The notes beneath the pieces were generated by a model. It made no database searches. It was not told where the DNA came from and saw only the letters and a program-made list of their open reading frames with translations. The position numbers were made by a program, and so were the translations under genes. From a virus (lineage: Duplodnaviria; Caudoviricetes), in the IMG/VR virus record IMGVR_UViG_3300032295_000269, positions 1-27,621 of that record: a DNA stretch of 27,621 bases; one strand, written 5' to 3'. How positions within the stretch are numbered: the first letter of the stretch is position 1; each line of letters starts with the position of its first letter. Below are positions 16,326 to 22,619 of this stretch, piece after piece.

Positions 16326-17265
16326 TTAGGATTCGCCAAGCTGTTGCTGCACATAATGGGACTTGTCCGTTTCCAATGGATTTAAGTCTGTCCACCCTAG
16401 CGGCCACCCCATCAGCCACTCTACCCACATCGGGTTCAACGCTCCACTGGTGTGAGAAACCGATTGACTCAGTGATATTTGCTTCCCTTTTTCCATTCGA
16501 CGTTGAGTCGCACCACTTGATAGATTCCCCCGATCCCGATTGTCGCTTGCTTGTGGTGTCGGAAACTTCCGCATTGCCACAGTAGCCGCTAATGTTGGAG
16601 TTTTCCTGTTGAATTCTGCCGGGTAGCCCGCCTCCTTCGCATTGTGACAGGTTGGAGTAGGCCACATTACTCTGCCTACAATCGTTTCCAAGTTCGGATT
16701 TCGCTTCTCGTTCCATGCCGATTCCGGCGTTATTCTTGCGGCCATTGCTGAACAACTTCTCGGAGTAGGCCATATTTCTTGCAACGATCCAGATTCTGTC
16801 CCTCTGATGGTTTGCTCCAACGTCGGCTGCTCCCAGCACTCCCCATCGCGCATTAAACCCCATCGAGGCCAAGTCTCCAAGAACGGTTCCAAGTCCCCTA
16901 GAAGTGAGCATTGGTGAGTTTTCCACGAATGCGAATCTGGGCTGTACTTCGTAAATGATCCTCGCCATTTCTCGCCACATTCCTGATCGCTCTCCGTCAA
17001 TTCCTGCTCCCCTTCCTGCTGAACTAATGTCCTGGCATGGAAATCCTCCAGATACAACGTCAACAATTCCTCGCCACGGCTTCCCGTCAAAGGTTTGAAC
17101 GTCATCCCAAATCGGGAAAGGCGGGAGAATACCGTCATTTTGTCTTGCGACAAGTACGCTAGCTGGGTAGGGTTCCCATTCAACGGCACAGACGGTTCTC
17201 CATCCGAGAAGTTTTCCCCCAAGTATTCCTCCACCAGCACCTGCGAAAAGAGCCAACTCATTCAC
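16312..17265 (-). CDS. dcm: C5-cytosine DNA methyltransferase, catalytic (alpha) frame, ~317 aa
   Basis: Motif I LFAGAGG, IV GFPCQDIS, VI VENS, VIII HQRDRIWI and X LKSIGNGQVP. Motif IX is not evident. GTG start at 17265 after GGGAG. Confidence 0.9.
   Translation of the reverse strand: MNELALFAGAGGGILGGKLLGWRTVCAVEWEPYPASVLVARQNDGILPPFPIWDDVQTFDGKPWRGIVDVVSGGFPCQDISSAGRGAGIDGERSGMWREMARIIYEVQPRFAFVENSPMLTSRGLGTVLGDLASMGFNARWGVLGAADVGANHQRDRIWIVARNMAYSEKLFSNGRKNNAGIGMEREAKSELGNDCRQSNVAYSNLSQCEGGGLPGRIQQENSNISGYCGNAEVSDTTSKRQSGSGESIKWCDSTSNGKREANITESIGFSHQWSVEPDVGRVADGVAARVDRLKSIGNGQVPLCAATAWRILSEQL
16326..17261 (-). CDS. Overlapping alternative-frame methyltransferase subunit (beta), 311 aa
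   Basis: 936-nt open frame nested in dcm; ATG coupled to the helicase stop (ATGA); motif IX-like LNPMWVEWLMGWPLGWT; three W/FPTP repeats. Confidence 0.7.
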   Translation of the reverse strand: MSWLFSQVLVEEYLGENFSDGEPSVPLNGNPTQLAYLSQDKMTVFSRLSRFGMTFKPLTGSRGEELLTLYLEDFHARTLVQQEGEQELTESDQECGEKWRGSFTKYSPDSHSWKTHQCSLLGDLEPFLETWPRWGLMRDGECWEQPTLEQTIRGTESGSLQEIWPTPRSCSAMAARITPESAWNEKRNPNLETIVGRVMWPTPTCHNAKEAGYPAEFNRKTPTLAATVAMRKFPTPQASDNRDRGNLSSGATQRRMEKGKQISLSQSVSHTSGALNPMWVEWLMGWPLGWTDLNPLETDKSHYVQQQLGES

Positions 17266-18211
17266 GAAATCTCCCTTTATTGTCATAGTCGCTAGGTTGT
17301 CCTTCAAACCTCTCTATGAATTGGCTAGAATCCCGGTGGAACCAGAATGGATACCAGTCCGTACTCTCCCCGTTACGCTGCTTCTCGTTCATAAGAATCA
17401 TATCCGGACTCTGAGGATCAATCTGCTGGCCCTTCTGGACATCGTTCTCTTTCTTTTTGTTGCGCCACACAATAAACACGTTGTCCACCTGATCCGTGAT
17501 TGAACTAGATCCTCTTAGGTCATTCTTGTTCGGCATCAACTCATCCGATTGCAGCTTGCGGATATGGTGAATCAGGTGGATATGGCAGTCGTGATCCCTT
17601 GCCAAGGCAGTCATCTCGTCTACAAACTTCTTCTGTCCGTTGTAATCATCTTCCCCGGCAACCACCTTCATCAGGCTGTCTACAAAGAAGTGCTGAACCC
17701 CAAGTTCTACGGCGCAATATCTCGCTACCGAAATAATCTGTTCCGCAGACGTAGTTCCCTGCTGGTCATAGAACCAAAGACTTCCCTGAGCAAAAGCCTT
17801 AAAACGGGCGTATAAGGCGCGTTTGTAGGGTTCCCCTTGTCTGGATGCCTCCCACTCTATGTTTTCGCCTGCAAACTGCCTTATAAGCCGTTTAATCGAT
17901 ACTCTAGGTTTCATCTCAAAGCTGGCAACGCAGCATTTCTGTCCAGCCTTGATTAAACCCAGTGCAACCTGACCCGTCAGCAGGGACTTGCCGCCACCGT
18001 TCGATCCAGCCCAGACCGTTACCTCACCCGGCCTGAAAGCAAACGACTTAGTGGCCTCCCATTCCATCGGAACAGACCGATCCACCAGCGGGTTGTCAAT
18101 CTGGTCTTCAAGCTCGTCAATCCAAACTGAAGCGTCTTTGACTAGGTACTTGTGGTCTGTAGCGTGTAAGTAAGCAGAGAAGTCAATATTGTCACTCAGG
18201 TACATAGTCAT
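17258..18211 (-). CDS. DnaB/T7 gp4-like SF4 helicase (helicase domain only), ~317 aa
   Basis: Walker A GSNGGGKS, SFEM, FFVDSL, HLIHHIRK, DLRGSSSITD and KQRNG. Confidence 0.85.
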   Translation of the reverse strand: MTMYLSDNIDFSAYLHATDHKYLVKDASVWIDELEDQIDNPLVDRSVPMEWEATKSFAFRPGEVTVWAGSNGGGKSLLTGQVALGLIKAGQKCCVASFEMKPRVSIKRLIRQFAGENIEWEASRQGEPYKRALYARFKAFAQGSLWFYDQQGTTSAEQIISVARYCAVELGVQHFFVDSLMKVVAGEDDYNGQKKFVDEMTALARDHDCHIHLIHHIRKLQSDELMPNKNDLRGSSSITDQVDNVFIVWRNKKKENDVQKGQQIDPQSPDMILMNEKQRNGESTDWYPFWFHRDSSQFIERFEGQPSDYDNKGRFRE

Positions 18212-18533
18212 CATATTCCTCAAGATTATTTATTAATATTTGTCCACACGTTGTATGTACACGGAGAGCCTTGGATGCCAAAAAAGCGTTATGCAGTGCT
18301 TTAACTTTCTGGTACGGCTGATCCGTTGATATGTGTACAGGTAATCCTACTGCAAACCTGAGATCCAGTTGATTAATATTTTCTATCGGTAATATTTCTA
18401 CATCAGCAAAATCTAATTGATATTTTGACCAGTTAGCCCAGCCCTTTGACTTATCCTCACCGTAGTACACAAACACGGCTTTAGGGGATATGCGCCCAAG
18501 ACGCATCTTGATGATCTCTTGATGGCCTCTCAT
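18192..18533 (-). CDS. Hypothetical protein, ~113 aa
   Basis: ATGA-coupled to the initiator; LDLRF.VGL.VH motif. Confidence 0.7.
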   Translation of the reverse strand: MRGHQEIIKMRLGRISPKAVFVYYGEDKSKGWANWSKYQLDFADVEILPIENINQLDLRFAVGLPVHISTDQPYQKVKALHNAFLASKALRVHTTCGQILINNLEEYDDYVPE

Positions 18534-19162
18534 TTGATCCTCAGCTTCCACTCAGGGATAGTGTTCTCAGGCATGGCAGACTTCTGGAACCGCTGATTGC
18601 GTACCCAGTTGCGCCAAGTCGCGTCCCAGTCCTTCTTAACACCTTTAGCACCAGCAACGCTAATCCAGTAATCCTTGAAGCCATCAGAGACTTTAACCGG
18701 ATCTAAGTCTGGTCTTTCCTGCTTGCAGAACTGCTTTTGTTCTTCTGATAACTTCCAGTCTTCAGATAAACGAGTTCCACGAGTGCCTACTATATTGGTT
18801 ATTGGTTTATGGTTATTGGTTAGGATCTGATCCGCATCTGATTTCAGAACCTTTTCAGAACTCCATCTGATCTGATTCGCTTTACGTGCGCTATCCGCTT
18901 TGCTGTGATACTTCTTTATTTCAGAATCACAACGAGTGTGAACCCATCCGTCAACAGATACCTTAAACATATCCTTGAGGACATTTTCAACTACGTCTTG
19001 CCCTAGTCTTAATCTACGAGAAACCCAGTCTATATCAAGCGGTATAGGAGTTTCTGTATCGTAATACATATCGAGCAATCTTCTGTAAGCAAGATCCTCA
19101 TCATTGCTCAGATGGGCAGTTGCTGCCCTGTAATCACCAATGTGGAATTGATAATAGTGCAT
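18530..19162 (-). CDS. YdaU/DUF1376-family replication initiator-like protein, ~210 aa
   Basis: MHYYQFHIGDY..T.HLS..E.LAYRRLLDMYY N-terminus; C-terminal F.DYW...KKDWDATWRNWVRN. Confidence 0.85.
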   Translation of the reverse strand: MHYYQFHIGDYRAATAHLSNDEDLAYRRLLDMYYDTETPIPLDIDWVSRRLRLGQDVVENVLKDMFKVSVDGWVHTRCDSEIKKYHSKADSARKANQIRWSSEKVLKSDADQILTNNHKPITNIVGTRGTRLSEDWKLSEEQKQFCKQERPDLDPVKVSDGFKDYWISVAGAKGVKKDWDATWRNWVRNQRFQKSAMPENTIPEWKLRIK

Positions 19163-19174
19163 GGCTTCTTCCAT

Positions 19175-19290
19175 AAAAAAAAGCCTTAGGTGAGACTCTC
19201 ACCAGACATAATCTGGTGTTGACGGACTGGTGAGTAACCAGCAGAGTCCCATCTAAGGCTTACTCGTTTAACGCGCCGTCAAGCACGTGA
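19175..19290 (-). ncRNA. Candidate structured leader RNA (three-way junction, possible pseudoknot) upstream of the initiator
   Basis: 19-bp outer stem 19181-19199/19243-19261, two inner hairpins, 7-nt complementarity between 19219-19225 and 19276-19282, and an 8-U tract. Confidence 0.7.
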
Positions 19291-19292
19291 TA

Positions 19293-19321
19293 ACTATACT
19301 TTAACTCCCCTAAGCTGGCAA
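19293..19321 (-). promoter_or_regulatory. Sigma70-like promoter of the replication operon
   Basis: TTGCCA-17 nt-TATAGT directly upstream of the structured leader. Confidence 0.75.
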
Positions 19322-19392
19322 GTCCTGCAAATATTAGCGTCTTTGAACTGCATATCGCTTCTAGACTTCCTACAGCCGGGGCATATCTTCAT
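19294..19392 (-). CDS. Micro zinc-finger protein, 32 aa (not in the ORF track)
   Basis: MKICPGCRKSRSDMQFKDANICRTCQLRGVKV has two CxxC pairs and fills the gap in the operon; SD is weak. Confidence 0.55.
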   Translation of the reverse strand: MKICPGCRKSRSDMQFKDANICRTCQLRGVKV

Positions 19393-19402
19393 GCCGAAAT
19401 AG

Positions 19403-19753
19403 TTAGTTTTTGCCGGTTTCTCGGATATTGCTGCTACAGGTATGGAAGGTTCGATTTTCAATTACTTGGCCCCTCGGTGATATTTTTGGTAAGAATGTAT
19501 TGAGCTGCTTAAATGCTGGCTGATACCTCGGAGGCACTACCTCCATAACCTTGGCTTCTTTAGCTGGCTGCTTAGTCGGAAAGTATACATTACCGAGCAT
19601 ACGAAGTTTCCCGTAATTAACTAAAGTCTGGAGTTCAGCCCTGAGTTCATAGCTACGGATACAGCCAAATAAGCCAAAGTTCGTTAATAGCGCATCCTGA
19701 GTCATGCCGCCATTTTTATGGAATACCTCTAGGATCTTCTCTCTACGAGTCAT
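19403..19753 (-). CDS. Hypothetical protein, possible winged-helix, ~116 aa
   Basis: ATGA-coupled start MTRREKILEVF. Confidence 0.6.
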   Translation of the reverse strand: MTRREKILEVFHKNGGMTQDALLTNFGLFGCIRSYELRAELQTLVNYGKLRMLGNVYFPTKQPAKEAKVMEVVPPRYQPAFKQLNTFLPKISPRGQVIENRTFHTCSSNIRETGKN

Positions 19754-20028
19754 TTTTGCGCCCTGTAAACAGGTTCCCATAACGGATCGGGGTGAGGCAT
19801 CTGGCTGAAGATCATCCGGCCTTCATCATCCTCGTATATCCAGCCTACAGGCTCCTGTGGTGTACAGGTATGTATCTCAGCCGGGTTGACTTCACCGCAT
19901 CGGTCGCATTGTGAGAGTCGGGCGCGGAGTGCGTCTATTGTCTCTGAATGTTTAATATTTCTCTCGCTGTGCCAAACTCTTAACAACGCATCCAGCGCCA
20001 TCTGCATCAGTTCTCTGTCGTTATTCAT
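19750..20028 (-). CDS. Hypothetical phage protein, 92 aa
   Basis: DRELMQMALDAL, CDRCGEVNPAEIHTCTP and QEPVGW segments typical of mosaic early proteins. Confidence 0.7.
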   Translation of the reverse strand: MNNDRELMQMALDALLRVWHSERNIKHSETIDALRARLSQCDRCGEVNPAEIHTCTPQEPVGWIYEDDEGRMIFSQMPHPDPLWEPVYRAQK

Positions 20029-20204
20029 AGCTTATTGCTCCTTAAAGTTCGGCACTTTTCCCTGTCAGCGTTAGAAAAATCAGGGCTTATTTCTGACAAA
20101 CCACAAGGCAATTTTCCAGTATTATGGGCCTTCATGCTCCAGTAAATAGACAATCCGCCACATATAAAGGCAAATATCAGAATAGCAATTTCAGCAACTT
20201 TCAT
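20025..20204 (-). CDS. Small membrane protein, ~59 aa
   Basis: GGAGG SD; N-terminal TM segment; C..SEISPDF....REKCR motif. Confidence 0.7.
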   Translation of the reverse strand: MKVAEIAILIFAFICGGLSIYWSMKAHNTGKLPCGLSEISPDFSNADREKCRTLRSNKL

Positions 20205-20234
20205 AGTTTCCTCCATTAGTTGTGCTGCCGAAAT

Positions 20235-20336
20235 ATAGTGGGGCTATCCCTAGATTCTGTCAATAGTATTTATAAATAGGAATATTGCTTACGATAATAA
20301 TTATTCATTGACACAACTATTGCAATGCTGCATTAT
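20235..20336. promoter_or_regulatory. Back-to-back divergent sigma70 promoters
   Basis: Minus: TTGACA(20263)-17-CACTAT. Plus: TTGACA(20308)-17-CATTAT. AT-rich spacer at the strand switch. Confidence 0.75.
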
Positions 20337-20373
20337 CTATCTACCGCATCTAGCGGCTTACTAGGAGACCAAT

Positions 20374-20520
20374 ATGAAAGATAAGATAGCCATTAACGTA
20401 GATAAGCGCAAAGCAAAAGCTGCATTAAATCGCACAATGAAAATTTGCAGAAAAAATGGTTTTTTTGAAACGGCGCAAAAAGCCGTAAAAATTAAGATGT
20501 TTTTGCAGTTTGCAAAGTAA
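20374..20520 (+). CDS. Small basic early protein, 48 aa (not in the ORF track)
   Basis: AGGAG SD; MKDKIAINVDKRKAKAALNR...; first ORF after the promoter. Confidence 0.7.
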   Translation: MKDKIAINVDKRKAKAALNRTMKICRKNGFFETAQKAVKIKMFLQFAK

Positions 20521-20539
20521 TAACTACTAAGAGGCCAAT

Positions 20540-20701
20540 ATGAATATCGACGAAATCAAAGCCAAGATGGATGAAATTGCAGCTCGTAACGCACACTGGA
20601 AATCATGCCAAGACGGTAGCTACGAAATGGCATTAGATCGCTCCGGTTACTACGATCTGCTTGCTCAGTATAATTCGCTGAAAGAGGCTGCTAATGGATA
20701 A
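20540..20701 (+). CDS. Small early protein, 53 aa (not in the ORF track)
   Basis: GAGG SD; MNIDEIKAKMDEIAARNAHW... Confidence 0.7.
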   Translation: MNIDEIKAKMDEIAARNAHWKSCQDGSYEMALDRSGYYDLLAQYNSLKEAANG

Positions 20702-20888
20702 CTCAATCATTTCAGACGTTCGCACCCAAGCCTACAAAGACGGTATCAAGGAAGGCATGGAAATAGCCCGGCAGATGCTTTGCAAGTCTTTGGAAAAAGA
20801 CATTGATAGTTTTGGTAGAGCTTGCGCTCATGTGGATAAATTAATGTGGGAGAAAAAACATTATGAAAAAGCTGCTCTCGACGAATGA
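20694..20888 (+). CDS. Hypothetical protein, 64 aa
   Basis: GAGG SD; overlaps the upstream stop. Confidence 0.65.
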   Translation: MDNSIISDVRTQAYKDGIKEGMEIARQMLCKSLEKDIDSFGRACAHVDKLMWEKKHYEKAALDE

Positions 20889-20961
20889 CTGGTTTGCTAG
20901 ACATCCAGTATGCACTGGTGCAATAATCTTTATTCTATATATCTTGGCTAGTTCATTATGA
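20863..20961 (+). CDS. Small membrane peptide, 32 aa (not in the ORF track)
   Basis: GGAG SD; MKKLLSTNDWFARHPVCTGAIIFILYILASSL; ATGA-coupled to the next gene. Confidence 0.55.
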   Translation: MKKLLSTNDWFARHPVCTGAIIFILYILASSL

Positions 20962-21131
20962 GTAAATCAATCTTAGATCCATCATTCAAATATGTTCCTT
21001 CTGCTAGTACAAACATTGCTAAAACGTTTGCAAAGATTCGTAAGGATATGCAAGCTAAGACTAAGCCGGTACAGCCTGTTCAGGAAGTTCGGCAATTCAA
21101 TATTATGCAGTATAAAAAATTCAAGGGATAA
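20958..21131 (+). CDS. Small basic protein, 57 aa (not in the ORF track)
   Basis: MSKSILDPSFKYVPSASTNIAKTFAKIRK..., a motif recalled from betaproteobacterial phage proteins; ends 3 nt before the ERF start. Confidence 0.7.
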   Translation: MSKSILDPSFKYVPSASTNIAKTFAKIRKDMQAKTKPVQPVQEVRQFNIMQYKKFKG

Positions 21132-21134
21132 ATA

Positions 21135-21758
21135 ATGTCTGAATATCAAGTTTACGCAAAGCTGCAAAAAGCTAGGATGATGCTACAGGCAGCGCCAATA
21201 AAGAAGTCAGGAGACAATAAGTTTGCGGGTTATCAGTATTTTGAGCTTGGAGATTTCCTTCCTACAATCAATGGGATATTCAGTGAACTCGGACTCTGTT
21301 CAGTCATCAGCTTTGATAAAGAGCTGGCTACTCTACGCATTGTCGATACTGATAACGGTGGGAGCATTACATTTACTAGCCCGATGGCTGATGCCAACCT
21401 GAAGGGCTGTCACCCGATCCAGAACCTCGGAGCAGTAGAGACCTATAGCCGCCGTTACTTATACGTTACAGCACTTGAGATCGTAGAACATGATGCTCTG
21501 GACGCTACAACAGGCTCAGAGTCTCCTAAGTCAGCCAAGCCGATTACTAAAGACGTATTCGATAGCATGACCGCTGATGAACAAGAGTCCATCCGTAGCA
21601 TTGGAGTACAAGTTATCTCCCTGCTTTCAATGGACGATGTAGAGGGAGCTGTTCAGTATATTGAACAATCAGAGTTAGACGCAGATTCTAAAACCGCCCT
21701 TTGGAGTCTGTTGGATAGTAAGCAACGGGCAGCAATTAAAAAATACACTACAAGGTAA
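21135..21758 (+). CDS. erf: ERF-family single-strand annealing protein, 207 aa
   Basis: KSG.NKFAGY.YFEL.DFLP and QNLGAVETYSRRYLY (ERF G...TY.RRY motif). Confidence 0.85.
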   Translation: MSEYQVYAKLQKARMMLQAAPIKKSGDNKFAGYQYFELGDFLPTINGIFSELGLCSVISFDKELATLRIVDTDNGGSITFTSPMADANLKGCHPIQNLGAVETYSRRYLYVTALEIVEHDALDATTGSESPKSAKPITKDVFDSMTADEQESIRSIGVQVISLLSMDDVEGAVQYIEQSELDADSKTALWSLLDSKQRAAIKKYTTR

Positions 21759-21762
21759 ATAT

Positions 21763-22008
21763 ATGGCTTTTGATAATACTAATCGCGGCATCCTGTCTAA
21801 GAACCAGAATAAGACAGCGGATAATCATCCTGAATACTCTGGCTCGATTAACATAGAAGGGACAGACTACTGGCTCTCAGCATGGATTAAAGAGTCCAGC
21901 AAAGACGGTAAGAAGTTCTTTAGCCTGTCGGTTAAGCCTAAAGATTCTGCAAAGCCAAAAGCTAAACCAATGCCGGAAGACGATCCTAACGATCCTATTC
22001 CGTTCTGA
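21763..22008 (+). CDS. Small ssDNA-binding protein-like, 81 aa
   Basis: HPEYSGSINI.G..YWLSAW; acidic tail ending DPIPF; adjacent to ERF. Confidence 0.75.
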   Translation: MAFDNTNRGILSKNQNKTADNHPEYSGSINIEGTDYWLSAWIKESSKDGKKFFSLSVKPKDSAKPKAKPMPEDDPNDPIPF

Positions 22009-22013
22009 TCTAC

Positions 22014-22144
22014 GGAGAGAAAGCAAGACTGCCGGGGACTTTGGTCGGTTCATCCTAAATTCTTGTGAGTATCTCCACCCTTTACGGGCAAAAGCGGATG
22101 CTGACCAGTTAGCTGAAATGCAAAGGCAGTGTAGCGAGTAGCCC
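22014..22144 (+). ncRNA. Two tandem candidate structured RNAs sharing an RAAAGC/GYGAGUA internal loop
   Basis: GGAGA-GAAA-GC...GT-GAGTA-TCTCC (22014-22076) and GGGC-AAAA-GC...GC-GAGTA-GCCC (22086-22144); both preceded by TAC and followed by ACC. Confidence 0.55.
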
Positions 22145-22168
22145 ACCTAATAATGTATGGAGAATAAT

Positions 22169-22315
22169 ATGAAATATTTAGTCGCACTTTGGTTAGCAGC
22201 AACAGCAACAATGTCTTATGCAGCTTGCACATATAACAATTATTGTGGGCCTAATGGGTGTGTGTATTGCACAACCTGTTGCTACGGTGGTAGTTGCACA
22301 ACAACTTGTAATTAA
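22169..22315 (+). CDS. Secreted cysteine-rich micropeptide, 48 aa (not in the ORF track)
   Basis: GGAG SD; signal peptide MKYLVALWLAATATMSYA; mature ACTYNNYCGPNGCVYCTTCCYGGSCTTTCN with 8 Cys. Confidence 0.8.
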   Translation: MKYLVALWLAATATMSYAACTYNNYCGPNGCVYCTTCCYGGSCTTTCN

Positions 22316-22320
22316 GAATA

Positions 22321-22407
22321 CGCCAAGCCGGTAGTGGCGCGTAACACCGGCAGCAGGGGCTGAGTACCCTTTCTTGCTTTGCTCCAAAGCTCAGTGACCC
22401 TGCACCA
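22321..22407 (+). ncRNA. Candidate H-type pseudoknot plus long stem-loop ending ACCA
   Basis: CGCCA/TGGCG interleaved with GCCGGT/ACCGGC (22321-22351); GCAGGG-GCTGAG...CTCAGT-GA-CCCTGC-ACCA (22353-22407). Confidence 0.5.
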
Positions 22408-22424
22408 TTTAACAGGAGAAACCT

Positions 22425-22619
22425 TTGAAACTGCTAGACGAACTGCAAAGCCGCTTTGAGATTAAGAATGACCGTCAACTAGCTGCAAAACTTGATGTGT
22501 CTACACCAGTCCTAAGCCGTATCCGCAACAGTAAATGCTCGGTATCAGCCGATATGATGATCCGTATCCATGAAGTATTCGGACTGCCTATCGCTGAGAT
22601 TAAAGGAATGTGCCAATGA
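22425..22619 (+). CDS. XRE/Cro-like helix-turn-helix protein, 64 aa
   Basis: AGGAG SD with TTG start; KNDRQLAAKLDVSTPVLSRIR HTH. Confidence 0.8.
   Translation: MKLLDELQSRFEIKNDRQLAAKLDVSTPVLSRIRNSKCSVSADMMIRIHEVFGLPIAEIKGMCQ

Noticed and set aside
20982-21167. 61-aa minus-strand ORF
   Set aside because: It is antisense to the better-supported plus-strand ORF at 20958-21131.
22365-22376. Specific antisense target for the ACCCTTTCTT loop (e.g. RBS regions near 14000 or 17275)
   Set aside because: The matches are short and imperfect and cannot be distinguished from chance by eye.
22050-22387. Minus-strand Cys-rich and Leu-rich ORFs (22193-22387, 22050-22232)
   Set aside because: They are shadows of the plus-strand micropeptide, which has the SD, the signal peptide and the operon orientation.
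22014-22407. tRNA genes or a CRISPR array
   Set aside because: No cloverleaf with a TTC T-loop or anticodon arm, and no identical regularly spaced repeats.
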